Below, piece by piece: positions 1-14,147 of a DNA stretch of 64,000 nucleotides. The stretch comes from Diplonema japonicum (Eukaryota > Protista > Euglenozoa: Diplonemea). The stretch lies in the NCBI GenBank assembly GCA_964019335.1, contig OZ025711.1, positions 124,001-188,000 of the forward strand, read 5' to 3'. Both the position numbers and the translations under genes were made by a program. Positions within the stretch are counted from its first letter, which is position 1; each line of letters begins with the position of its first letter. The notes under the pieces were generated by a model. The model saw only the letters and a program-made list of their open reading frames with translations. It ran no database searches and was not told the DNA's origin.

Positions 1-574
1 GCTGTTGCTGGGGCGGTGGTGGTGATTGTTGCTGAGGCTGAGCTGGATGAGGGGGGGACTCTTCTTCGACGGGAGGCTCGCGTGTGGCCATCACCATACC
101 GGTGATGGGGTTGATCATCTGCGGCCTGGGCTCTCTCGATGCAGCGGCACCTTGCATTTGGGAGTACTGGTGGTCAGGATACTGCTGGTCGTATCCGTAA
201 GGCTGCTGGTTGTGAGCATGCTGGTGCTGGTGCTGGTGTTGGTGTTGGTGTTGGTGCTGGTGCTGGTGTTGATGTTGGTGGTGATGGTGGTGATGGTGCA
301 TTGGAGACCCATGTTGCGGGAGGGACATGTTTTGGTACATCATGTGCTGGTGGTGCTGGTGGTGGTGTTGGTGCTGAGGCTGGTGTTGGTGCTGGTGTTG
401 GTGAGGCTGTTGGTGAGGCTGTGGGTACTGGTGCTGGTGCTGGTGTTGGTGCTGATGCTGGTGCTGGTGCTGGTGCTGGTGCTGGTGCTGGTGTTGTTGG
501 TGGATCTGCTGGTGGTGCTGATGCTGGTGGTGCTGGTGCTGGTGCTGGTGCTGGTTTGCGTAAGGGTAACTCAT
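1..574 (-). CDS. His/Gln-rich low-complexity protein, N-terminal part (runs off the window start)
   Basis: ATG at 574 opens a stop-free minus-strand frame to the window edge: MSYPYANQHQHQHQHHQHQHHQQIHQQ...HMMYQNMSLPQHGSPMHHHHHHHQHQ...QQPYGYDQQYPDHQYSQMQGAAASREPRPQMINPITGMVMATREPPVEEESPPHPAQPQQQSPPPPQQQ. It is missing from the ORF track because it has no stop in the window. Same strand as the neighbouring genes. Confidence 0.8.
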   Translation of the reverse strand, partial: MSYPYANQHQHQHQHHQHQHHQQIHQQHQHQHQHQHQHQHQHQHQHQHQYPQPHQQPHQHQHQHQPQHQHHHQHHQHMMYQNMSLPQHGSPMHHHHHHHQHQHQHQHQHQHQHQHQHQHAHNQQPYGYDQQYPDHQYSQMQGAAASREPRPQMINPITGMVMATREPPVEEESPPHPAQPQQQSPPPPQQQ

Positions 575-881
575 TTCACCGGCTTCTCACCCTTAGGGCC
601 CAAGTGCTTAAAGCACGACGTAGTAGCTCAAGAGAAAACCTGTTTCAGATGCTTACAGCTCTGCGACCATGTGCAGGGGTATGTGTGGTGTGTTTCTGTT
701 GGAAAGGTATTATTAAAAATATTTTTAGTTGTAAAACGTTTCTTTGACCTTGTAGGCAAGAAAAGAATATCGTTTGACGGCTAACCAAGCTGCTTGCAAT
801 TGCCTACGGCGGCATGCCTGCCCATGATGTCACCGTCAGTGGAGTTCAATCCTTTCATTCGGTAACAACTGGATCAGGGCT

Positions 882-1976
882 AATGTGGAAACGTTCGTAT
901 CATTCAATTGTCAAACTCGAAAGATGGTGATTTAGTTTTTGTTTGTCATCACTTGTGTCATCATAGGGCGGGTGTGGGTTTAAGTAGGTATGGGAAGAAA
1001 AAGATGATCAGGCCTGTTGAGTTTGACATAATTTTTGTGGTTTAGCTCCACACGGAGGTCAGTGACAGTGATCTCCATAAAGCTGAAACAATTTCATGCA
1101 TCATGTGTAGTTTGCAAAAGGAAAACAAAAAGACATTCACAACCATAAAAAGCCTCCCTCTGGGGTTTAAAGAAAAGCATTGGGTGTGTTCACAAAGAGA
1201 CCTTCACTATATCACTTGTGTCATCACAGGGCGGGTGTCCCTCCCTCGTGTCCACAGTCCATCAGCAGCTTATGTGGAAACGTTCGTATCATTCAATTGT
1301 CAAACTCGAAAGATGGTGATTTAGTTTTTGTTTGTCATCACTTGTGGTTTCTGAGTTTCAACTGCTCTTCTTTAGCCAAATAAAAAAAGGGCGGTGTTTT
1401 TGATCAGGCCTGTTGAGTTTGACATAATTTTTGTGGTTTAGCTCCACACGGAGGTCAGTGACAGTGATCTCCATAAAGCCGAAACAATTTCATGCATCAT
1501 GTGTAGTTTGTTAAAGGAAAAACAAAAAAAGCCACAAAAAGCATCCCTCTGGGGTTTAAAGAAAAGCATTGGGTGTGTTCACAAAGAGACTTTCACTATA
1601 TCACTTGTGTCATCATAGGGGTACCGGTTTCAGGTGTGTCACACAGGTGATGTATTACACATGGTTGTCCCACGCCGCGTCAGGGCCTGAAGGCTGCACA
1701 GCTGGGTTAGAATATGTGTACCGCAGCAAGGGGCTTGCACCCCCTGTTGGCTTGCTTTACGAGCCGATCAGCGGGGAGCTGTGCACCATCAGCAAGGTGC
1801 CTCCCATCCAAGTGTCGGTCGATGTTTGGGGATGTGATGTGTTTGGTTTCTTTTCCTTTTGGGTTTTGATCAGGCCTGTTGAGTTTGACATAATTTTTGT
1901 GGTTTAGCTCCACACGGAGGTCAGTGACAGTGATCTCCATAAAGCCGAAACAATTTCATGCATCATGTGTAGTTTG
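882..1976. repeat. Locally duplicated mosaic repeat: ~110-bp unit x3 plus two ~70-bp units x2
   Basis: tgatcaggcctgttgagtttgac...catcatgtgtagtttg at 1005-1114, 1401-1510 and 1867-1976. atgtggaaacgttcg...catcacttgtg at ~882-957 and ~1272-1346. ccctctggggtttaaag...tgtcatca at ~1157-1226 and ~1545-1615. Confidence 0.85.
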
Positions 1977-2478
1977 CAAAGGAAACCTAAGGAAAAAACA
2001 CACTTCTGCAATTGCAATGTGGACCCAAGGAAAAACAGGCGATTAAGGGCAAATCCCACCCTTTAAAAAAAGTTCTAGGCACATTAAGTAGATCTGTCAT
2101 GCAACAGCTGTAAGGATTACGTGTAACAACCAGCCACGGTGTGAACACTAGCAAAGAACAAAATAATAATAGAAACAAAGCCCCAGACAACAGCGCGGGT
2201 TGGGTCGTATGATCAGGAGGGGTGGGGAGGGGAGGCCCAAAGGGAAGAAAAGATAAATGAAAAATCCACTTGAAATAAGAAAAATGCTGGGATCAGAAAA
2301 AAAGGGAGGTGCTGTTGCAAAAAAAAAGAAGAAAAAAAAAGTTGGGAAGAGGGTCTGGGGAGATGTGAAGTAAAAAAACGGGGGGAAAGGGGGAGAAGAA
2401 GAAAAAAGGGGAATAAAAAAAAAAACGTTTACCCGCCCAAATAACAGCTTTTCTCTTCTTTCCTTCTGAAAGAAGAAA

Positions 2479-2514
<36 letters not shown>

Positions 2515-2632
2515 ACCAGATCCAATAACAAATAAAAAAATAAAAAAAAGGACCCCAAAGAAAAAAAGTAAAATCAAAAAGAGAAGAAAAAAAAAAACGA
2601 CTCCCTAACCTCGTTAACTATATGATCCCTTC

Positions 2633-4400
<1,768 letters not shown>

Positions 4401-4492
4401 TTTAAAGAGGTGACTTTGAAGTTCTCCTGTGATGTTGAAGTAAGAGGTCGAAGTACCAATAAATACAACAATAACTTATTACTAGAATTAGA

Positions 4493-4909
4493 TCAAAGAG
4501 TAAACCCAGAGACATCCTTCGAAAGAGGATACAAGCATGCGATACCGCCTGCCTTGTCATAGAAGCTTCTGGTGACGTCCTTTCTGCAGTAGGGGGGGAG
4601 GATGCCGTGTGCGGGTTTGGGAGAAGACCTTGCCCTGACTGAGCGGCGTCCACAGGGCACGCCCCAACCAATGGGGTGGACCTTCATCTCACCGGGGGGC
4701 TCTTTCCTCCTGGCCGAGGTGGCACGGGGTCTACTGCGGGTTTTTTCCTTAACTACCACTTTCAGGTCATGCTGTCTCTTTCTCTCGTGTTCGTGCTTGT
4801 GTCGCGACTCCTGTTTGAAAACCTCTCGTAAGAGAGATTGCGACGGCACCGTGTGCCCCCCACATTGCAACATATTCAAACCTCTGAATGCGTGTTGGCA
4901 ACGAAACAT
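4493..4909 (-). CDS. Small basic hypothetical protein (138 aa)
   Basis: ATG-initiated ORF on the cluster strand. It fills the PFR-ATP2 interval, lacks the homopolymer runs typical of local non-coding DNA, and has a CTCTCTCAG candidate acceptor just upstream. No recognisable domain. Confidence 0.4.
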   Translation of the reverse strand: MFRCQHAFRGLNMLQCGGHTVPSQSLLREVFKQESRHKHEHERKRQHDLKVVVKEKTRSRPRATSARRKEPPGEMKVHPIGWGVPCGRRSVRARSSPKPAHGILPPYCRKDVTRSFYDKAGGIACLYPLSKDVSGFTL

Positions 4910-5042
4910 GTAAATAGACAGATGGCTTAATTAGAACAAATCTGAGAGAGGGATTAAGTACTGCCTGCAGTCATCAGGGTTCAGGAAGACGTCTTTTCTT
5001 TTTCTCTTCTTCTCCATATTTACATTAGTGTTGTTAGATTGC

Positions 5043-6884
5043 TTAATTTGTTATCCGCAGCTGCTCAAGGGTACGCTTGTCGCCTTCCAGATCGCCGTCC
5101 TCGCCGCTGACCAGTTGTTGGTAAGCAATCAGTTTGTGCTTCCGCGACTCGTTCATTTTAGACAAGGTCTCGACTGGATGCTCGAAAGGGCGGCCTGCCT
5201 CGATGAGTGCCTGCTGGGTTGGTTTGAAGGCTTCGATGTATTGCACTGACTTTTCCTGCAGCAGGTCAACCTGTTTCGCGAGCTCTTCCTTATTCTTGAC
5301 GAGGTCCTTCTTCATCTGCGAGAACTCTCTTGCCTTGGGGTTGAGTGACTCCATGTGCATTTCTTGCTGCATGTGCGCCACCTGTATTTTCTCTTCCAGC
5401 GCAGTGATGTTAGCCTCCTTTTTGTACTGCAGGTCGCCTATGGTGAGGTACATGCTTCGGAAGTGTTCGAGGTAGTCGTGGTGCACCTCCAGCTGCAGCT
5501 CTTCGATCTCGCGCTCCGTCTCACGCATCTTCTTCTCGATGGCGTTGCAGTGCGAGCTGATAAACTCGTCGAGGCTGTCGGTGATCTCCTCGGCCAGCTC
5601 ACAGTTGTGGATAGTGACCTCCAGCAGGGTCTTGTGCTGCATAGTGAACTGCGTGAAGTGCTGGTATTCCACCTTCCGCTTCTCCTCTTGTTCGAGGGTC
5701 TTGATGAGTGTCTTCGTCAGCTCTACGCGCTCCCCGCTGAGCTTGGCTAGTTCCTTTTCCTGCTTTTCAATTTCCAGCCAGCATGAGCTCTGCTGCAGCA
5801 GGTTCTCCCCATAGGCGCTGTTGAGGCGTTCCACAGCGTTCTCGGAGGCCTTCGTCGAGTTGTAATCCTCGAGGTTCACTCTCTCGATCTCCGTGTTCAG
5901 TGATGTGAGGTCCACCTCACACTTCTTCTTCAGGCTTTCTTTTTCTTGCAGGATCTTGTGGATGATGGTGTTGGCCGTACTGTGCACCTCGTGCACCTTG
6001 CGCAGCGGCTGCGTGAAGATGTCGTCAGTCACGTCATCGACGATCTCGAACTTCTTCGTTGTAAGGTCTGCGAGCGCCTCTTGCATCGTGATGATGCGGT
6101 AGTACAGAGACTCTGTCTCAGACATCTCTCCGGACTCAACCGCTGCCTGCTGTTGCTCACCAACCTCTTCAATCTCGAAGCGAACACGCCTGCACTTCTC
6201 CTCCTCTTCTGTTAAGGAGTTCCTGATGTTGCCCTTCTCCATGACGTCCTTCAGCAGCCCTAGGACAGGCTTGGCCAGCGCAGCCCAGTCGCCCGACTTC
6301 AACTTACTGTCCTCCAGCAGAGTGCTGACCTTGTCGAGGATGCCTGCTCCCTGGTCAAGGACCTCGCTGAAGAATGTATCTTTGCAGTGCTTTCTAATCT
6401 CATAGAAGGCCTGCTTGAGGTCGTTGAGTGGTTCCGTGTCACAGCTGTCGTCGGGGTTCATCAGGTCGCGCACCTGCATCTCCTGTGCGCAGGACGTCAT
6501 GTAGCGTGAGATGTTGAACTTCCGCAGGTGCTGTGGTGTCAGTAAGGTGAGCGTAGCAGCATACCGAGTACGACAGGTTGTGGCGGAACTCCTTCATCAT
6601 CTCGTCGCTCTTGTTGTGCAGCCTGCAGAGCTCTGCCTTCTGCTTTGCGGTCGACGTCTGCGTGTGGACCTTGTGCGCAAGCTCCTCTGTGTCTAGCACC
6701 ATGTTCCGCAGCCTTTCGTTTTGGATCTTCTGCTTCTTGGCAGCGTCCAAGTTCGCCAGTAGCTCGTGTGTCTGTGGTGATGTGCACGTGTCCTGCTGCA
6801 TACCCGTCTGTTCGTGCCGTTGACTAGCTCATCACCACTGCGGTTGGCCATGTCGTTGGCATGCTTAGGCAGCACTGCTGTCAT
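5043..6884 (-). CDS. Paraflagellar rod (PFR/PAR) family protein; join(6884..6804,6771..6565,6530..5043), 591 aa
   Basis: DAAKKQKIQNERLR resembles the PFR N-terminal AARKQKIHNLKLK motif. The coiled-coil body carries PFR-like segments HFRSMYLTIGDLQYKKE, ESLNPKAREFS and EAFKPTQQALIEAGRPFEHPVE. Two GT-AG introns restore a frame of typical PFR length. It looks too divergent to be PFR1/PFR2 proper. Confidence 0.88.
6531..6564 (-). other. Spliceosomal intron, 34 nt, phase 0 (PFR intron 2)
   Basis: TCG|GTATGC...TACTGAC ACCACAG|CAC, with a branch-point-like CTGAC. Confidence 0.88.
6772..6803 (-). other. Spliceosomal intron, 32 nt, phase 0 (PFR intron 1)
   Basis: CGG|GTATGC...CACCACAG|ACA joins MTAVLPKH...GTNRR to THELLANLDAAKKQK. 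Confidence 0.8.
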
Positions 6885-7100
6885 CTTACTGTGTGGAGTA
6901 TCAACAGCAGGCAAGTGGTGAGGGGCAGGAACGAAAACAGGGGTAAGTAGTAAAACGGAAAAGGAAAAGGGGGAAAGGAGGGGGGGGGAAAGAAAAAAGA
7001 AGAACGGTGGGAGAGAGAAGGGAGGAGGTAATAAAGGAGAGGAAAAGGGTGGACGGATAAAGTTGGATAAAGTTAAAAAAAAGGGTGGGGAAATAAGAAC
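6885..7100 (-). promoter_or_regulatory. Putative trans-splice acceptor region (pyrimidine-rich tract plus CACACAG) for the PFR gene
   Basis: A long sense-strand pyrimidine-rich stretch is followed by CCACACAG|TAAG-ATG. Confidence 0.5.
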
Positions 7101-8569
7101 CAAAAGGGTAAGGTGCCTCTTTCATTTATTAAATGGAAAACCAGGGGGGGGGGGGGGGGGGGGCATGGGGTTGGCTCAAAGTAGCGTACACTTTCTTTAA
7201 AAATTATTTTTTTAAGTTAAAAAATCTTAGCGGGTTTTTAGTCCTCCGGGAGGGGAGGGAGGGGGAGGTCCTATGAAGGGCCATAGCATTTCTGTCCCCA
7301 GTTCTTTTTTTTTTCTTGCGTCCTTCCACTAGGTCCGCGCACATGTACCCTTGGTGCACCCTTCTTATTTCACAGTCATATCGTTAAGCTCTGATAAAAA
7401 AGAAAACAGGGGGGGGTCGAGGGGAAATAGAAGTGGGGGTAGGAGGGCGTAATGGGAAAGGAAGTATATGACAAAATAGCTCATTACAGCCCTTTATTGT
7501 CCCCCACCGGGGGAAAAGAGGAAAAAAGAGGGGGGGAACAGGAAAATTGTATTTGGGTGGTGGGGGCTTTTTTTTTTTTTTTCCTTTTTCCTTTTTTTTT
7601 TTCGTTCTTGGGGGTTTGTGTTCCTTATGTATGTGTATATCTTTGGGTGCTTGTACTTTTTTTTTTCTTTTTCTTCATTCTTCTCTTTACTCTCACTTTA
7701 TTGTGCAAAAAAAAAAACATTATTTTTCGAGTGATTGCCACTAATAGAGAAGGGGTAGGGGGGGGGCGGGGGGGGGTTCGGTTTTTTCTTTCTAAGATCA
7801 CAATATCTGAAAGTATGGGGGAGACGGGGTGGGGGATTAAGACAAATTGTATTTTTTTTTCTCCTTAGCATGCCGAGCGTTTGTTGTATTTTTAAAAACT
7901 TTTTTTAAAATTTATGTGCACTCGGAACTGAAGGCCAGTAGCAGTAGATAACAGAACTGTAATATAAAAAATAATAAATAAAAACAGAAGAAGGGGGGGG
8001 GGGGGGGGGATTTAACCCGAGGAGAAAAATTGTAGGGCGGGGTGCAGGGGGAAGAGAAAAGAGAGTTTCGAAGAGAAAAAAAATCGCGGCAGCAGGAACA
8101 GAAGGAAGATCGCCAACACAAGTTAAGCGCAAATTACTCCTTTTGGATTTCTTTTTTCTTCTTCTTTGTTAAGAATTTTCTTTTCTTTTTTTCTCGAAAA
8201 AAGACGAAAAGGGAGAGGAGAGGAGAGAATAAAGGAGAAAGTAGCAGAGTACCACCAAGCGATTGCATCACTACAGACGCAGTCCCTTCAACACTTCCTT
8301 CTTTTTTTTTCTTTCGTATAAAAGCTGGGGAACAGAAAACGCTTCTGGAGTGGAAGGGAAGGTACTAAAGTTTAACCCAAAGTGCCTCCAGATGCCATTT
8401 TCTGCTTCCCCTCTTTTCTTCCACGATATTTAAGCTCTCGGTTGCTTTTACCCCCCCCCCCCCCTAGACACAAGGAGATATATTATTATTTTTTTCTTGC
8501 AGATAAAGGAGGGTGCATGTAGCTAGGGGGGGGGACTCTGCTTATGTTTGTTTTTCTCTCTTCGTTGGT

Positions 8570-8601
<32 letters not shown>

Positions 8602-8982
8602 ATGTTTTCTTCTTTTTTTTTCTTTTTTTTTTTTCACGGTCCCCTACGAAACAATCTCCAGACTGGGAGAGTCAAAAAAAAAAAGGAATGGGGAAGAAAT
8701 GAATAAATGGAGGGGGGATCGAGTTTTGGGGCAGAACCTGTAAAGGCAACCCTCAGAGGAGAATGGCAAAAAATGATCGCCAGAGGGGGAGAGGGAGAGG
8801 GAGGAGTGGCGGGACGGGAATAATAATTTAAAAAAAAAATGTTTTGAATCGTCTCAAGAAAAAGAAGAGAAATCCAGGAGTGCAGTGGGGAGGGGGCGTT
8901 TCAAAGACATGCTCCTCCCTACCCTTCTATGCAGCTATGGTACATTGACAGGGCTGGCGGTGGTTCCTTTTTTGGTGCGATA

Positions 8983-9017
<35 letters not shown>

Positions 9018-11379
9018 AATTATCAGGGTTCTTTTTCTTTTCTTTTAGTAGACGCAAAAAAAAAAGGGGGTAAAAAAAAAAAAGAGAAAAAAAGCTGAAG
9101 AACGAAAGAAAGAAGAAAAACAAAAAAAAATAATGTAAATATCTGAATTATGTCTTCCAGCAGTTCATTTTCTCAATAACCTTGTCAGTTCACTGAAACG
9201 GACTCCTTCTCTGGTTTCAGTCCACTTTTTGCAAATGGTATTGTCTTGGCTGGAACTGGTTAAGAAGCCAAAGGTTGACCTTACTTCTTCTCTTCCCCGG
9301 AAAAGAATTAAGAGATTTACAGTACCCAGGTCTTTTTTTTGTTTTTTTTTTTTTTTTGGTTTTTTTTCTTTTTTTATGTTACACATCAGGGGGGGGGGGG
9401 GGGGGAAGCAGAAGTCACAGGGAAAGAGCAATTTTTTTTTCTTTTTTTCTTTTTGCACTCTCTTTTATTTTATTTTTTTTTGTAAAAAAATTTATTTTTT
9501 TATGTGTTCATAGCTTTTTTTTTCTTCTTTTTTTTGTTTCTTTCTTTGTTTATTGTGTACACTTCCTTTTTTTTTTTCTTTTTCTTTCATTATTTCTTCT
9601 TCTTTTTTGTGTTCTCTCTTTTTTTTTTCTTCTTTCCGCACCCCTAGATAACAAAGATAATAAAAAAAATAAATAAAATACTTCCACCGCAGTGATTGCG
9701 CATGGTTTTCTTTTTTTTCCCTTCTTTTTTTTGGGGGGAGGGGAGAGACCCTAGATGTTCAGTATGAAAATGCCGACCTTTCATTTTTCTTTTCTTTGGC
9801 CAGTGTGTGTTTTTCTTTTTCTTTTTCTTTTTTTCCCCCTCTCACCAGATCACCGGGGAACAAAAAGAAAACAGAAAAAAAAAAGAGGAAAGAACAAAAA
9901 ACAACAACCATTTTTTTTTTTTTTTTTGGAACTTATTGGGTATTAACATCAAACCCCATTTCTCTCTCTCCTTATCTCTCCCTCTTTCTTTTTTTTTTTT
10001 CTTCTTTCTTTGTTCAAAAAAAGGGGGGGTTCAAAAAAAAAGGTGAAAAAAATGTCTTTCCTGAATGAGAATGGGAGGTGCTTCTCTTCTTTCTTTTGGG
10101 GGGGGAGAGGGTAGGGAGAGAGGGCAGGGAGAGAGGGTAGGGAACGAGGGCAGGGAGAGTGGATCAGTCTTGTCGTTTACTATTCTTCTTGAAGGGAGGG
10201 GACAATGAAGGGGAAGGGGTGCTTATGTCGTTCTGAAACGTGATAATCTCACTGTGAAGACTGCCAACACAGAGGGTTAATTATCAACTCTTTTTTTTTT
10301 TTTTTCCTCTTTTGTGTGAGTTACCATTTCCCGTTATTTGTTGCACGGAAGAGAGTTCTTTTTAAAAGAGGAGAATGAAAAAAAAAAAGAGAGAGAGAAC
10401 GAGCAAAAAAATGATCTTCCTCCCTTTCCCCCTGCTATTCCTCTCCCTTCGATTTTTTTTCTTTTTTTTTTTTGTTTCTTTTATTTATTCAGTTTCTTTT
10501 GCAAACAAAGGGAGGGAGGGGGTCAGAGTGGGTGGACTTTTTCGAAAAAGGTTGGGATCTGTGTCCTTTCACTTTTTTTTTTCTTTCTTCTTTCCTTTTG
10601 CATACTTTATTCCCTCGTCTTCAGCCTTCATAGGTATCCTTCTTCGCGCTCGAGACAGGGAAGTGTTGTGCAAAGTGGTTTCGGGAAACCAAAAAAAAAG
10701 GGGATACAAAAAGGGGGAACTCGACACAGTAACGAGTCATCAGGCCCATTGTAGGAGAGCAAGAAAAAGGAGGAGAAATAGAGAAAACCGAGGTATTTAA
10801 TTTAAATACCTGGACCAGCTTTCTCGTGTTTCTCTTTGAAGGGGGGAAGGGTTTTTTTTAAGATAAAAAAAAAATCTTTCTCACATCCTTACTTTCTTCA
10901 CCTGTGGTGAAGAATGGTGTGCTTTACTTCAACAAAGGCTGTGGTTCTTGGTGGAAGCAGCCATGGCGAGGGGGAACACACCAACACCAGCAACAGAAGA
11001 AGATAAAGAGAGAAAGAAGAAGAGGAAAAAAAAAGTTGAAAGAAAAATGGATATTTCCAAAGGAGCAGGGACAGGCCGAGACTTGTGTGGTATTTTTTTT
11101 GGGGGGGTGAAGGTAAGGGAAGTGAAACAAAGTTAAATGTGAAATGTATAATAAAAAAAAAAAAAAAATAAATAAAAAAAGAGAGAGAAGAGCTTTTCTT
11201 CCCTTATCACGTCAGCCTGGTGTTTTGCCTTAAACAATGGAGGGAAGATTAAAAGGGAGGGGGATAAACACGGGAGACTGATTTTGTCGAAATCATGTAT
11301 TCTACTTGCTGCATCGTGGAGTAGCCTGAAGCGCGCTGATGAAAAGGAACATACCAGCTAGGCCATTGGAACTAACATT

Positions 11380-11410
<31 letters not shown>

Positions 11411-12829
11411 CCCCCTCCAAAATTTAACCCTTATGCAACCCCGCAGTTAAAATCAAAACAAAACAAAAAATCAGTCCGACGCCCCAGTACAGAAGACGGC
11501 AGTAAAGAGTTCACCTTATCTTACCTTCCTTGCATAAGCAAGGCAAGTAACCTGCATAAGGGTTATTTTTTAAAAAACTTTTTTTTTTCCCTCTACCATA
11601 TGATTACGTGCAGTTGCCTTTTTTTTTATTTTCGGAAGAAAAAAAAGGGGGAAGGGGAGCAGGGAGGCTATTGATTGTAGCCAGCTATCGGATTGAGTGT
11701 TGTGGAAAAAAAAAGAAGGAGAAGAAACAAGAATGAAAGACAAGAAAGATAGCAGCCAGCTCTGCAAAAGCTGCACTCAATGGGGCCGCTTGGGCCATGA
11801 ATCATGTGTTGCTCCTTTTCTTTTGCTTGTTTTTATGACTGTCGGTGAAGCCACTGGCAACTGCGCCAAGCGCATACCGAATGGACAGCAGTCACGAAGT
11901 GACAACCGCTACTGATACCATCAGCATGCTATGGCTTAAAGATTTTTTTTTTCTTTTTTTTTTTTCGGGAGGTAAGAGGGGCTTTGGGCTTTCGGAAAAA
12001 AAAAAAGAAAACGAAAAAAAAGGGAGGGAAAAGGGAATGAAAAAAAGGGGGGGGGGGGATCCACTTTTTCTTTCTTTTTGATTGTTTTGAAAGATCGACA
12101 TGACTGAGGGAGAGGGGTAGGGAGGGTAGGGAGGGGAGGGAGTGGGTAGGAAAAGAGAGGGAATGGGTTTCAGGCGGAAGACTTGGGGAGGGGAAAAAAA
12201 AGGGGGGGGGAGAAAGGGATAGGAACGTCAGGAGAAAAAAAGATAGTCAGAAATACCAACAGACGGAAAGTGCAAGTACAGGCTAGCGTGCAAATCACTT
12301 TTCTTCAAGGGTCAGAAAGCTTGGCACCTCAGACGTGTGGCGAATAGTCAGACCCCCAGGTGGCCGTTGCCTTGTCTCTGTGTGAAAAAAAGGCTGGTTG
12401 TACATGTGCCTAAGTGTTTTCAATTGGGCTTGCAACGCTATTACTCATAGTTAGTTCTCACTAATTGTCACCGGATGTTACTTAGGTCAGATGACCGCTC
12501 AAAAAAAAAAAAGGTTCCGTTAAAAAGTGAAAACCGGCCCCCGATATAAATAAGGCCCGGTCACCCTTGGGGTCCACCACTTGGAGTCGTCTGGAAAGAG
12601 TATCAATAAAAAAAAAAGAAGAAAAAAATAAAAATAAGGTTCCGTTCCAATAGTGGAGAGATAGATTTTTTTTTTTTTTTTTTTTTTTTTTGATTCTTCT
12701 TTTTTTAATATTATTTTGTTTAAAAATATTATGTACTTTTTTTTTTCGTTTTCTTTTTTCTTTTCTTTCGCTCCCTGCGTGCTGCCTGTGCACAGGTACC
12801 TTTCCTCTGGTCCGCGCGTGTCATCATTG

Positions 12830-14112
12830 TCAGGACTCGGTGAAGTTGATAAGCGTCTCCGGGAACTCGTCCGGATTAAGCTCCAGACCATTCTCAATAA
12901 CGTAGCGCTTGAGGCATTGCTGGAGGGAAAGGGGGCCTAGGTGCACCTCTACGTAGTCATTGACATAACCATTACCTTCAACACACCCGCCAAAGGTGAG
13001 GATGGTGTTGCCCCACCTGACTGTTGTGGGCCTTGTGCGGCCACCGAAACAAAAATTATCAATTTTACTCCACTCCATCTTCCGTAAGTCCAGCTGGTGG
13101 GAATCGTCAAGGTAAGCAAAGCTGCCGCCCGTGAAGACGGCGAAGACACCATTGTGGCAGATCGCAGTGCTGCACATCCGCGGGGAGGGTGTCGGTCCAC
13201 TGGCAACGATTTGCCGGCAGACAAATCGCTGCAAGTTGATTTCGAAGATATCATTTAAAAACCCGTTCTTTGTGATGGCCCTTCCACCGAAGATGATCAT
13301 CTTGTTCTCGTGCAGGGCCGAGACATGGTACATCCGTTCCTGTGGGATGTGCCCTGTGTACCTCCGCGAGACCCACTTCTTGATGACGTAGTTGAACTCC
13401 CAGAGATCGTTGTTGAGCGTCAGGTCGTCTTGCCCGCCACCGAAGATGAACATTGAGTTCTTGTACGCGACGGAGGTGTGCCCCTTGCGCTTGGTGGGGA
13501 TGTAACCACCCTTGGTCCGCATCAGCTGCCATCGGTAGGTCTTCAGATCGAGAACCCACAAGTCGTTGAGCCACCTGGAGTGTGCACCTGTAGTCGGGTG
13601 CTCTGCCACCCCTCCAAACATGAACATCGACTTGTTGTTTACAACAACTGCCGTGTGTCCTGCTCTTGCCTTTGGCTTGTCAAAGGCACCGCATGGTACC
13701 TCAGCTCCACACTCCCTCCATGTCTTTGCTATAAAATTGTAAACCCACAGTTCATTGTTGCACCTTGCATTCCTGCCCCCGAAGACCACCATGCTGTTCT
13801 CGTGGACTATTGCCGTGTGGCCGAACCTCGGGCTAGGCGCGGGTCCTGATTCTTTACTCGAACCAACACCCTCAACTTGCTGGGTGAAAAGCCGGCCTTC
13901 TTCTTCTTCTTTCTTTTCAGCTGGTTCCTGTGCGGGGTTGTCTTTGAAAGCTGCATACCTTCTCTGCTGCTCTCGGCACCATGCATTGGACAGCGGGCGA
14001 CATCACCTTGTTCACGTCACTACCCTCAAGTGTCCAGTCCTGCACCATGTGCCCTCCTGTCAAGGACTCGATCGTCGGTGATGTTGGTATCGCTTGCATC
14101 ATTACCTGACTC

Positions 14113-14117
<5 letters not shown>
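12830..14117 (-). CDS. Kelch-repeat beta-propeller protein; join(14117..13959,13927..12830), 418 aa
   Basis: Repeated R-x-GHT...F-GG...N-D/E-L-W kelch blades (PRFGHTAIV, ARAGHTAVV, KRKGHTSVA, ERMYHVSAL, PRMCSTAIC). The frame extends upstream of the ORF-track start, and a 31-nt intron links it to the ATG at 14117. Confidence 0.9.
13928..13958 (-). other. Spliceosomal intron, 31 nt, phase 0 (kelch gene)
   Basis: AAG|GTATGC...CCGCACAG|GAA joins VPRAAEK to EPAEKKEEEE. Confidence 0.83.

Positions 14118-14147
<30 letters not shown>

Noticed and set aside
26-784. + strand (LV)n and (GA)n ORFs resembling a membrane or silk-like protein
   Set aside because: They are antisense shadows of the minus-strand His/Gln ORF, which has coherent non-repetitive sequence and matches the cluster strand.
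7100-12800. Many short Phe/Lys-rich ORFs
   Set aside because: They arise from A/T/G homopolymer runs in intergenic or UTR DNA. No domain signal, and no tRNA or rRNA was recognised.
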